Assembly: GCA_963778115.1 (NCBI GenBank)
Contig: CAVZSV010000004.1
Coordinates: 416,001 to 480,000 of the forward strand
DNA from: an uncultured delta proteobacterium
GTDB lineage: Bacteria > Bdellovibrionota > FAC87 > UBA2466
Reading direction: 5' to 3'
Length of the DNA: 64,000 nt
In this document: positions 1-8,838 of the stretch, one piece after another
How positions within the stretch are numbered: the stretch's first letter is position 1
How the letters are laid out: each line of letters begins with the position of its first letter
Position numbers and translations under genes: made by a program
The notes under the pieces: generated by a model
Seen by the model: only the letters and a program-made list of their open reading frames with translations
Databases searched by the model: none
What the model was told of the DNA's origin: nothing

Positions 1-2
1 AA

Positions 3-701
3 GGAAAGCGTAAACTTATCGTAACCCCCGAGCATGGCGAGCCGCATGAATACCTTATTCCTAAAGGCAAGCACATCTCGGTACGCGACGGAGACCATGT
101 CCGAGCTGGTGAGCCTTTGATGGATGGAGCGGCTAACCCGCACGACATCTTAAAGATCTTGGGAGAGAAGGCTTTAGCCAAGTATCTCGTGGACGAAGTC
201 CAAGAGGTCTATCGATTGCAGGGTGTGCGTATCAACGACAAGCACATCGAGTTGATCGTACGACAGATGCTCAAGCGCGTTCGCATCAGCGAGACGGGTG
301 ACACCGACTTCTTATTGGGTGAGCACATCGAACGGTTTAAGTTCGAAGACGAGAACGAGAGAGTTAAAAAGCTTGGCAAGAAGCCGGCAGCTGCCGAGCC
401 CTTACTGCTTGGTATCACCAAAGCCTCACTTTCGACGGAAAGCTTTATCTCCGCGGCCTCGTTCCAAGAGACCACGAAGGTGCTTACGGAAGCCGCTGTT
501 CAAGGCAAGATCGATAGGCTTCGCGGCTTGAAAGAGAACGTCATCATGGGACGGCTCATTCCGGCAGGAACCGGTCTTGAGAGCTACCGTCGCATTGGCA
601 TCCAAATCAATGCGGAAGAGTCCGCTGACGCCGAAGAGCCGACGATGACAGCAGCCGAGGCAAGTAACCTAGTTGCTGTGGGCAGCGAAGCAAAACTCTA
701 A
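3..701 (+). CDS. rpoC: DNA-directed RNA polymerase subunit beta' (3' part, truncated at window start)
   Basis: Frame is open from nt 3; motifs [51 protein letters not shown]. Confidence 0.98.
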   Translation, partial: GKRKLIVTPEHGEPHEYLIPKGKHISVRDGDHVRAGEPLMDGAANPHDILKILGEKALAKYLVDEVQEVYRLQGVRINDKHIELIVRQMLKRVRISETGDTDFLLGEHIERFKFEDENERVKKLGKKPAAAEPLLLGITKASLSTESFISAASFQETTKVLTEAAVQGKIDRLRGLKENVIMGRLIPAGTGLESYRRIGIQINAEESADAEEPTMTAAEASNLVAVGSEAKL

Positions 702-719
702 GATTTAAGTATTGGGATG

Positions 720-760
720 ACCCGCGAAGTCCGATGGCTTTCGCGGGTTTTTCTTTTTTT
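720..760 (+). terminator. Rho-independent terminator after rpoC
   Basis: ACCCGCGAA...TTCGCGGGT stem followed by TTTTCTTTTTTT. Confidence 0.9.
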
Positions 761-821
761 GGAGACTCTTTACCCATGCTGTGATCGGGGCAAAAGCTTC
801 GTCCCTCTGTTATAATTAGCT

Positions 822-2039
822 ATGTTTAGAGGGGCGAAATTCCTATTTCTGCTTTTGCTGATGCTAATCTCCCCACGCGCTTGGAGTTACAGCAGGGTGG
901 GACTCGTCTGCCTACCTGCCGATCCGATTATCATCTTCGGCTGTGCAAACTTTGAAGCCATCCTTACGAAGGCGGGGCTGGAGGTAGTGCGCATCGATGT
1001 GAAGAGTACCGAGGACGTGACAACGGTTCTCCCATCGAAACTAAAGGCCGCCAATCTCGACGCCAATGCCCCCATCGTAATCCACGGTCACGGCGAAAGG
1101 GGAACGCCGGAAAAAGGTACCACACAGATGGTTTTCGAGAATCAGGATATTGGAAAAATATTGCGTGGAGAGCATGTCTTTCCCTTAAAGCTATTGTCCG
1201 ATGAGATTCGTAAGGTAGCTCCGGAAAATCCCGTATGGCTCGCTTCATGCGAAGCGGGCTGTGGAAAATCCCTGGGCGACCGGTGTATGGGATTCTCATG
1301 CCTTCAAGGTGAAGACTCCTACGGAACCTACAAAGGGCAGAGACCCAAAGTCGCAGTCGCCATCCCTGGCGGGAATGTAAATGAATCCAGCATGGAAATG
1401 ACGCTTCGAGTGATAGCAGACCTACTCACCGACGAAAATGCTTTTCGAAAGGCGGATACGAATCATGATGGGAAAATCGAACCAGAAGAACTCTCGGGTG
1501 CTTTTTGCGAACGCTTCGGAGTCAAAGAAGATCTGGCTTTTTTCACATTGAATCCGAGCCTCGCGGAACAGCAGAAAGAGGTAACGCTTATCGCAAATCG
1601 AGCCGAGGTTGAGAAGAAAGCGGAAGCCTTGCGAAAACTTCATCCCACGGACGAAGTGAGTATTACCACCTTTCAAACCGTGTGGCTCACGTTCCTATAT
1701 GCCGATGGACAAGAGTCACAGAGGCAAAGAGAATACTTGGGCTCTATCCCTCCCCTAGCAAACATCGAAATGGCAAATGAGCTGGCTAAGAAAATATATG
1801 GTAAAGAATGGCCCGATCAATGTGAGGATAGGAATCCGCCCGGCGCCAGCCGCTATCACTGTAAAATTGAAATAGGGGGTAATGATTCGATGGTGCTTCG
1901 CAGGAAGCTACCCGCTAAGACCTGTTACCAGGGCTATCAATCGGATGGTAAAGTCCACGCGCAATCGCCCGATCCCAATAATTTCATCTTACACCAACCC
2001 ACGCTGCCGCCCAGAGTCCATTCGGAACTTTCCAAATGA
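822..2039 (+). CDS. Secreted hypothetical protein, possible caspase-fold (His/Cys) peptidase with an EF-hand-like loop
   Basis: Signal peptide; IVIHGHG and WLASCEAG motifs; DTNHDGKIEPEEL. Confidence 0.55.
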   Translation: MFRGAKFLFLLLLMLISPRAWSYSRVGLVCLPADPIIIFGCANFEAILTKAGLEVVRIDVKSTEDVTTVLPSKLKAANLDANAPIVIHGHGERGTPEKGTTQMVFENQDIGKILRGEHVFPLKLLSDEIRKVAPENPVWLASCEAGCGKSLGDRCMGFSCLQGEDSYGTYKGQRPKVAVAIPGGNVNESSMEMTLRVIADLLTDENAFRKADTNHDGKIEPEELSGAFCERFGVKEDLAFFTLNPSLAEQQKEVTLIANRAEVEKKAEALRKLHPTDEVSITTFQTVWLTFLYADGQESQRQREYLGSIPPLANIEMANELAKKIYGKEWPDQCEDRNPPGASRYHCKIEIGGNDSMVLRRKLPAKTCYQGYQSDGKVHAQSPDPNNFILHQPTLPPRVHSELSK

Positions 2040-2113
2040 GGTGAAAGGCCCGACCATTTAGACGGGAATTAATTTTCAGTTGACGCGTCAAGTAAGGACA
2101 CTCGCGCGAATGC

Positions 2114-2392
2114 TTAGATTCGAATTCGTTTACGAAGAGTGGCGAACTTCTCTTGAGTCTTCTCTTTGGCGAGTTCACAGGCATCCAGCGCCAAGCGCAC
2201 TAATAGACCTGTCACAATAGCGCGAGTCGAGGCATTCCCCGAGCCAGTACCGACGCGCATTGGCTCGCTGGCGGGAATATCATTTCGATAGGGCCGTTCT
2301 TCCATGGCGGCACCCAGGGGGGCGGACACGGTCTTTTTCTTTATCTTGGCCCGTTTCTTTTCGGTGTTTTTGAGAACCTGATCTAATTCCAT
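2114..2392 (-). CDS. Small basic hypothetical protein coupled to ParA
   Basis: Start overlaps the ParA stop (TAATG); 92 aa, Lys-rich termini. Confidence 0.7.
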   Translation of the reverse strand: MELDQVLKNTEKKRAKIKKKTVSAPLGAAMEERPYRNDIPASEPMRVGTGSGNASTRAIVTGLLVRLALDACELAKEKTQEKFATLRKRIRI

Positions 2393-3357
2393 TACGCGTT
2401 GCCTCCCCAGTGGGTCTCTTTCCAGTCGCTTATCCCCACTAGTTCTTGAACGAATTGGTCGACATCCTCACGGAATACCGACCGTTTTGAAGAATCAAAT
2501 ACCGAACGAGAATCGAAGATGGCGTTTTTAACGGAGGCATCCGTTCGGATCACGACCGGCATGACAGCCTTCGAATAGCGCTCATTCTTAGAAAGCTCGT
2601 GGATGTAAAATGCTCCCAATCGTTCCCGGGCGTCAAAGCGATTCCAAATAATTCGGTAATCGAAGCCCAGCTTAAAATCTTCCCTTACCCTCTCAAGTTC
2701 CGAAACGGTGAATTCCAAGCCGTCTAGAGCGTAAGGGTCCGGATTAATAGGAATCAAGACAATGTCAGAGGCACAGGTTGCCGCAGTATTGATCTTATTA
2801 ATAGCCGGGGGACAATCCATTACGACTAAATCGTACCTGTCTCGAATCGGTGCCAACTTATCCCCGATGAGATCTCTTAAATTGGAAGCCGAACCGCTGA
2901 GTTCCACATCTAACCTAGAATTATTTAGATTCGAAGGGATGACATGAAGGGTATCGGTAACCTCGACAATCGCCTCTTCGGCTGCAATCCGATCGCGAAA
3001 GAGGTTAAGCCAAACATATTTGTCTCGGGATTGAATATTAAAGGATCGGGAGAGATTTCCCTGCTGGTCGAAATCGATGCAGAGCACTCGGGCCCCATAT
3101 TGATAGGCACGAACGGCTAGAGAATACGATAGCGAAGTCTTCCCCGTACCCCCTTTTACAATTTGAAACGAAATGTTTCGTTTCGGATAGCCAAAGCCAC
3201 GGTCCTCAAAAAGTCTACGGATCTGAGAAGGAGTAACGCCTCGCTTCTTCGGAGGCTCGGTAACCGAAATATTTTCTACCAGGCCCTGAAGATCGGTAAA
3301 GGTAAGAGGACTCTGTGAATCGGCTTCTGCTTTGGATTTGGATTTGGTCTCTTCCAT
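2392..3357 (-). CDS. ParA/Soj family ATPase (orphan) with N-terminal extension
   Basis: Deviant Walker A KGGTGKT, IDFDQQGNLS, VMDCPP. Confidence 0.92.
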   Translation of the reverse strand: MEETKSKSKAEADSQSPLTFTDLQGLVENISVTEPPKKRGVTPSQIRRLFEDRGFGYPKRNISFQIVKGGTGKTSLSYSLAVRAYQYGARVLCIDFDQQGNLSRSFNIQSRDKYVWLNLFRDRIAAEEAIVEVTDTLHVIPSNLNNSRLDVELSGSASNLRDLIGDKLAPIRDRYDLVVMDCPPAINKINTAATCASDIVLIPINPDPYALDGLEFTVSELERVREDFKLGFDYRIIWNRFDARERLGAFYIHELSKNERYSKAVMPVVIRTDASVKNAIFDSRSVFDSSKRSVFREDVDQFVQELVGISDWKETHWGGNA

Positions 3358-3391
3358 CGCACGTTAGGGTACTATGATTTTAGGCATAACC

Positions 3392-5569
3392 CTATTTTTT
3401 TTTGGAAAGCTTAATCGCGGCCTCATTGGGACCGGCCTGATTTTCCACCTGCCCGATCACAAAACCCGTAATTCCCTGCTCGGAGAGTTTGTGCACCAGA
3501 GCATCAACCCTATCTTCACCGACACCACAAAGGAGTCCTCCGGAAGTCTGAGGGTCAAATAAGACGGGGGCTTCAGATGTCTCAAGCTTTATCTGATTTT
3601 GAAACTTAGCGTTATGAGCGTATAAAGTGCTCTGAATTCCCAGGTTCGTGACTTCTTGATAGCCTTCAAACATCGGCAAATTCTCAATCCACAAACGAGC
3701 CGACATTTTGCTCTGGCTTAGCATCTCAAGCAAATGGCCCGCCAATCCAAATCCCGTAACGTCGGTAGCCGCGGTGACATTTGCCGCAGCAAATTGGCTT
3801 GCCGCGATCGCATTGGATTGGGTCATCGATTTTAGTAAAGCTTGTAGCCACTGCGCCTCGCATCGGCCCTGCATTTGGGCCGCGAGCAAGGCGCCACTTC
3901 CCAATGGCTTGGTGAGAAGCAATACGTCTTTCGGCTTTAGATTGGCCTTTCGAAACATCTGGCCCTGTTCAAGGAAACCGGTGATGGTAAAGCCCACGGA
4001 AAGCTCTGGCCCTTGAGCGCTGTGGCCGCCAATAAGATGAATGGCATTCGCTTGAAAAAATTCGACAGCCCCCGAAAGTATCTGAAAGAGCAACTCTTGT
4101 TGTAGCGAATTTGAGGCAAACGGAACGGTTACTAAGGCCAATGCGGAAAAAGGTTTCGCATTCTTGGCATAAAGATCACTCGTGGCATTGGCCGCAGCGA
4201 CCTGCCCCATCAAAAAAGGATCCTCTAGAAAGGAACGAAAAAAATCGGTCGTTTGCGCGATAAGCTTCCCTTGAGGGACTCGCATCACAGCAACGTCCTC
4301 CGCATCTTTGACACCGACTAAGACATCGGGATGGGAACCAATCTTAAGACGAGACAAAGCGTCGTGCAAAACAGAGGATGGAATTTTTGCGGCACAGCCT
4401 CCACACGGCATCTGTTCATGATTCGCCGTTGTCATCGCAGGCAATGAGCGAAACTTATCCAGCCATTTCTCGTCAATAGTCTTCTTCCACTGCGAAATCC
4501 ATTTGGCTTTCAGCGCTGCCTTCCCATAACTCATAATCGCCTCTCCATCGCAAGTATTGAGCAAAGCAAGTGCCCGCTTCTGCGGACGATAAGATTCTAG
4601 TTTCCTCCCCGTGAGGGCACTCACAATATTGCGATAGAGCACCGGCCCTTCCCGTACCGCAAAGACTCCTGCTTTAGGGAGATCGGGAAAGCCTTCGAGC
4701 GAAATACTATCCCCTACCGCAAAACCGTTCTCATATCCTAGTATCTCAAGGGTTGCCTTGGCCTTGAGAAATCCGCGATCGTCCTTTTCTGCCGCAGCTT
4801 CGGCCATCCATGGCCAGGGTTCCGACTGAACTGCCCAGATAAAAGCATCGTAGGGAATCTCATTAGTGTGCGTGTAAAGATGGGTGGCATCGGCCCGCAA
4901 TACCCAAGTAGAAAGGCTTACTGAAATGCCCTGTTCAGACAAAGTCTTTGCAAAGGCTTTCGAAACGGCGACAGAATGGCCCGGAAGAAGAACAGAAGAG
5001 GACTGTAGTATTTCCAGCGAGATCTTTTCTGGAAAGCCCGTGAACGCCTTTCTTATAGCGCACGCAATCTCACATCCTCCGGCGCCACCACCGATGACTA
5101 CCCATCGAAAAGGCCGCGGCCGTTGCGTAAGGCTATTTCTTATCTGTTCGATCCTTGAAACGAGTCCCGATAAAGGCTTGGTAATAATTCCGTACCTTTC
5201 TATACCAGCTTCCAAAGGAACTTTCGGTCGAGAGCCCACATTGAGAGAGATGAGATCGAACCCCATAGGAGGCCGTCCTACTAATTCCATGGTATGGCTT
5301 GAAAGATCTAAGGAGGATACCGAGGCATGGATGAGTCCTACTTTGGCTTTGGCGCAAAGTTGCACAAGATCGACCGAAATATCTTTTAACCCCCTTTCTC
5401 CTGCGATACAGGCAGGAACCAAAGCGGAATAAGGGGCGGAAAGAGACTCGTTTACCAGAACGACCCTCACCCCGGAAACCGGTTTCATGGCCCACATACG
5501 AACCAGCTGTAAATGGGCGTTTCCAGCTCCGACCAAGAGAAGAGTTTTATTCAGGGGGAAACTTACCAC
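3392..5569 (-). CDS. selD: Selenide, water dikinase fused to an N-terminal FAD-dependent pyridine-nucleotide oxidoreductase-like domain
   Basis: GAGNAH and GGGAGG Rossmann motifs, PKAGVFAVREGP, then CGGCAAK, TTDFF, GGHS, TDVTGFGLAGH, DPQTSGGLL. Confidence 0.93.
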   Translation of the reverse strand: MVSFPLNKTLLLVGAGNAHLQLVRMWAMKPVSGVRVVLVNESLSAPYSALVPACIAGERGLKDISVDLVQLCAKAKVGLIHASVSSLDLSSHTMELVGRPPMGFDLISLNVGSRPKVPLEAGIERYGIITKPLSGLVSRIEQIRNSLTQRPRPFRWVVIGGGAGGCEIACAIRKAFTGFPEKISLEILQSSSVLLPGHSVAVSKAFAKTLSEQGISVSLSTWVLRADATHLYTHTNEIPYDAFIWAVQSEPWPWMAEAAAEKDDRGFLKAKATLEILGYENGFAVGDSISLEGFPDLPKAGVFAVREGPVLYRNIVSALTGRKLESYRPQKRALALLNTCDGEAIMSYGKAALKAKWISQWKKTIDEKWLDKFRSLPAMTTANHEQMPCGGCAAKIPSSVLHDALSRLKIGSHPDVLVGVKDAEDVAVMRVPQGKLIAQTTDFFRSFLEDPFLMGQVAAANATSDLYAKNAKPFSALALVTVPFASNSLQQELLFQILSGAVEFFQANAIHLIGGHSAQGPELSVGFTITGFLEQGQMFRKANLKPKDVLLLTKPLGSGALLAAQMQGRCEAQWLQALLKSMTQSNAIAASQFAAANVTAATDVTGFGLAGHLLEMLSQSKMSARLWIENLPMFEGYQEVTNLGIQSTLYAHNAKFQNQIKLETSEAPVLFDPQTSGGLLCGVGEDRVDALVHKLSEQGITGFVIGQVENQAGPNEAAIKLSKKK

Positions 5570-6471
5570 GCCTTACTCGCAAATTCAGTGGAGTCGGCTT
5601 TGACCGTAATCTCACCTCTAACGAGTTCCACTGCCCTGAGCCAATGATGGTCTTCACGAACGGCGCGACTCTCCCATTGAGGGTCATACTTCTCGTCTCC
5701 CAATAACGGAAAGCCCAATGCCCCTAAATGAACACGGACTTGGTGAGTAACTCCCGTTTTGCACTCGACTAGGGCCAAAAATAATCCGTTCTGCCGACGA
5801 GCCTGTACCTTCATCGAGGTCGAAGCCGGAAGGACCGGCGGAATTATCTTGGTGCGCTCGCTCACCGTTGTCATTCTACCGCTTTTGCCGGAAGCATGGC
5901 AGATGGGAAGTTCGATTTCGTAATTTGCTCTCTGCGGATCTCCCCAACACCACGCTAGATATCTCTTTATGATCTGTTTTGACTCAAAAGCCTGGCGCCA
6001 CTGTTCGTAAGCGGCAGGGGTCTTTGCCACGATAAGAACCCCCGAAGTGTCGGTATCCAATCGATGGGGGGTTATAGTCGGCTGCGCTTGCGGAAATACT
6101 CGGGAAAGTTCTGGATAGCGGGCTAAAGCCCAGTGCGTCACCGTGGAGCGATCTAGAAGGGAAATCGGATGGCTGGGAACGCCCGCGGGTTTGTCCACCG
6201 CTAGCCATTCGGCTGATTCCTGAATAATCGATATCTCTAGCGGACAGGGTTGCTGGGTTAACGCTAAGAGATAGGCATCTAGTCCGGAGAAATCGAGCAT
6301 AGGCAATTCAAGCCGCTCTCCCTTGGCCACCCGGGCCCCGCCATCGCGGGTGATAAGTCCCTCAGAAAAGGCTTCTTCAATATGACGTCCCGTGAGATGG
6401 GGATAGCGCGTTTTAGCCAACTTATCCGCTCGTTCGAGAACTTTCGGGGGCGATTTAGACTTCCGTTCCAT
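5563..6471 (-). CDS. RluA/RluD family RNA pseudouridine synthase
   Basis: VDKPAG, HRLDTDTSG, TGVTHQVRVH, PLLGDEKY. Confidence 0.93.
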   Translation of the reverse strand: MERKSKSPPKVLERADKLAKTRYPHLTGRHIEEAFSEGLITRDGGARVAKGERLELPMLDFSGLDAYLLALTQQPCPLEISIIQESAEWLAVDKPAGVPSHPISLLDRSTVTHWALARYPELSRVFPQAQPTITPHRLDTDTSGVLIVAKTPAAYEQWRQAFESKQIIKRYLAWCWGDPQRANYEIELPICHASGKSGRMTTVSERTKIIPPVLPASTSMKVQARRQNGLFLALVECKTGVTHQVRVHLGALGFPLLGDEKYDPQWESRAVREDHHWLRAVELVRGEITVKADSTEFASKAW

Positions 6472-6496
6472 AGGTAACTCCTTTATACCTCAGGAT

Positions 6497-7396
6497 GTGC
6501 GTTTACGAACCTCAACTCCCGATATTTTGGCCTGGGCTCGCCTTTTAGGGCAGACTCGGCGTTTTTTTGACGATCGCGGATTTGTCGAAGTATGGACACC
6601 TCAACTCGTGAGCGCTGGGGCCTTTGAGGCGGTTATCGACCCTCTTCGAGTAGCACCGGCGAGTTTGGAAGAACTTCATACTTCCCCCGAAATCGAGATG
6701 AAAGCGATTCTGGCTCAGATGGCCCAACCCCCTAGGCCCATTTACCAGATATGCAAAGTATTCCGAGATGACCCAGAAACTGAAATCCATTCCAAAGAAT
6801 TTACGATGTTGGAGTGGTACCAGCCGAATGCAACGATCGAGGAGCTTAAAGCGCTGACGAAGACTTATCTTTCTTCTATTTCCGCGACTCCCCTCAAATT
6901 CGAAGAGATTTCCATTTCTCAAAAGCTGCTGGAGAAAACGGGAATCGATATCGGCCGTCAAAACACCACTAGAGCATTGCGGAATCAAATTGAAAAGATG
7001 GGGACTCTCTCTTTGTCGACAGAAGAGGACTGGCAGTCGATGTACTTTAAACTCTTTATAGAGAAACTCGAGCCTGAATTATCGAGAGATAAGGTTACGA
7101 TTCTCTCCGGATTTCCGGCTCTAGTAAGCCCTTTGTCCGAAATTGGAAAAGATGGCTTCGCCAGTCGATTTGAAGTCTACGCAAAGGGAATGGAACTAGG
7201 AAACGGATGTACTGAACTTAGAGATGTCGAAGAGCTAAAGCGACGCTACGATCAACAAAGTGCCCACAGAATTAGGGAAGGGAAAAAGCCCCACCCCTTG
7301 CCGGAAAAATTATTCGAAGCAGCAAAGACCATGCCCCCTTGTTCGGGAATAGCGATAGGCCTGGATAGACTTTTTTCAACACTCTATTCGTCTTGA
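6497..7396 (+). CDS. epmA: EF-P lysine aminoacylase (EpmA/GenX)
   Basis: LysRS-like catalytic domain only: LHTSPEIEMK, EFTMLEWY, RFEVY..GMELGNG, MPPCSGIAIGLDRL. Confidence 0.9.
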   Translation: MRLRTSTPDILAWARLLGQTRRFFDDRGFVEVWTPQLVSAGAFEAVIDPLRVAPASLEELHTSPEIEMKAILAQMAQPPRPIYQICKVFRDDPETEIHSKEFTMLEWYQPNATIEELKALTKTYLSSISATPLKFEEISISQKLLEKTGIDIGRQNTTRALRNQIEKMGTLSLSTEEDWQSMYFKLFIEKLEPELSRDKVTILSGFPALVSPLSEIGKDGFASRFEVYAKGMELGNGCTELRDVEELKRRYDQQSAHRIREGKKPHPLPEKLFEAAKTMPPCSGIAIGLDRLFSTLYSS

Positions 7397-7671
7397 GTGT
7401 TATTCGAATGGGTGCTGTCGCAGGTGGTTTGCATTCTAGCGCAGTCGATAATCATGGTCGGAGTCGTCTGTTCGATGCCCGTCATGACCTCTTCAAAATC
7501 TTGGCAGTGGTTGCCCTCCACTTGATGCTCCAAATAGGTGGTGGTGGTGCAATTGGCGTAATGGCCGGTTTGGCCTTGGTCTTCTCCAGGTGGTAGGTAG
7601 GCGGGGGGAGCGCAAAATGCATGAACACTAAATAGGGTTAATAAAAGGATTTCAAATATAAAATGCTTCAT
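7384..7671 (-). CDS. Small secreted Cys-containing hypothetical protein
   Basis: Signal peptide MKHFIFEILLLTLFSVHAFC; GGGG upstream of the ATG. Confidence 0.65.
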   Translation of the reverse strand: MKHFIFEILLLTLFSVHAFCAPPAYLPPGEDQGQTGHYANCTTTTYLEHQVEGNHCQDFEEVMTGIEQTTPTMIIDCARMQTTCDSTHSNNTQDE

Positions 7672-7756
7672 GGTTATGGCCCCCGTGTGAGGCTTTTATA
7701 GCATGCCCCTCTCGCAGTTCCACGTCGATAGGCGTCACATTGAACTAAGTTTAAAT

Positions 7757-8752
7757 TTAATTCGCAACCGATTCCGCGGTTGCCGAATCAGTAGTAGCCC
7801 GCGCCATTCGAAGCTGGGGCTCTTTTACGATCTGAACATCGTTGTTGCGTCGGGATAGTTGCTGGAGCTCTTGGAAGCGGATGTGGATAGTGTTTAGTAT
7901 CAGCCCAATCATTCCCAGGCTAATACTTATCATAGTCAGTGCCGTGTGAAGATAATGGGCCGCAGGAGCAAAAACTAGTAAGGGTAACGTCACCCCCGCA
8001 TAAAGTACCAAAGCGCATGAAGCAAAAAACAAAAGAGGCCTTAAATCTCGAGCTAGCCAAACAATCGTGACCAACACTTTGTAACCATCCGAAAAGGTTC
8101 GAAGCTTGCTATGGCTATTGGGGGGACGATGGCGATAAGGCAAGGCGATCTCACGGAGATTAAATCCGTAAATGAGCGAATAGACCGTAAGCTCCGTTTC
8201 GACTTCAAATCCGTCGCGCATGAAAGGAATATTTTTTACAAACTTTCGCGACATCGCTCGGTAGCCCGAACAGATGTCCGTGAGTCGGCTCCCAAAGATC
8301 GTGTTGATAAGTTTGAGAATAAGAGCATTTCCAAAGCGATGAAATTTTCGAAAGGCCGTCGCCGAATGGTCCTCAAGTCGGCTTCCCACTACCATGTCAG
8401 CTTCGCCACGAAGAATAGGCTCCATCATTCGATGTACGCCTTTGGCATCATAGGTGTCGTCAGAATCGACCATCAAGTAGATATCGGCCTCTACCACTTC
8501 AAACATCTTGCGAACGACGTTGCCCTTGCCTCGTTTGAGGACGGGAATTACCGTTGCTCCTTCGGCCAGAGCTATCTCTACCGAACTGTCGGTGGAGTTG
8601 TTATCAAATACATAGACTTCAATCGAAGGAATTTCGGTCCGGAAATCGCGAATCACTCTTTCTAGAGTCAGCTCTTCGTTCAAGCACGGAAGCATGAGTG
8701 CAATTCGAGGAACTCTGGTAACGGTACTTATTTTTTGTGGAAAATTTGGCAT
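7757..8752 (-). CDS. Glycosyltransferase family 2 (polyprenol-phosphate GT-like) with C-terminal TM helices
   Basis: PCLNEE, DNNSTD, GKG, VDSDDTY, D..SGYRA, FEVETEL. Confidence 0.92.
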   Translation of the reverse strand: MPNFPQKISTVTRVPRIALMLPCLNEELTLERVIRDFRTEIPSIEVYVFDNNSTDSSVEIALAEGATVIPVLKRGKGNVVRKMFEVVEADIYLMVDSDDTYDAKGVHRMMEPILRGEADMVVGSRLEDHSATAFRKFHRFGNALILKLINTIFGSRLTDICSGYRAMSRKFVKNIPFMRDGFEVETELTVYSLIYGFNLREIALPYRHRPPNSHSKLRTFSDGYKVLVTIVWLARDLRPLLFFASCALVLYAGVTLPLLVFAPAAHYLHTALTMISISLGMIGLILNTIHIRFQELQQLSRRNNDVQIVKEPQLRMARATTDSATAESVAN

Positions 8753-8838
8753 AGAGTAATCGGAATTCCGATCACTATGCTTATCGGTAAGAAAACGGCC
8801 GATTGTGAATGTTTTTTCACAATCGATTCCGCAATGCG

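Noticed and set aside
2080..2091. Palindrome TTGACGCGTCAA near parA as a parS site
   Set aside because: Does not match the parS consensus, appears to be single-copy and could be chance
4380..4420. Selenocysteine recoding in selD
   Set aside because: Active-site residues are encoded as Cys; no in-frame TGA
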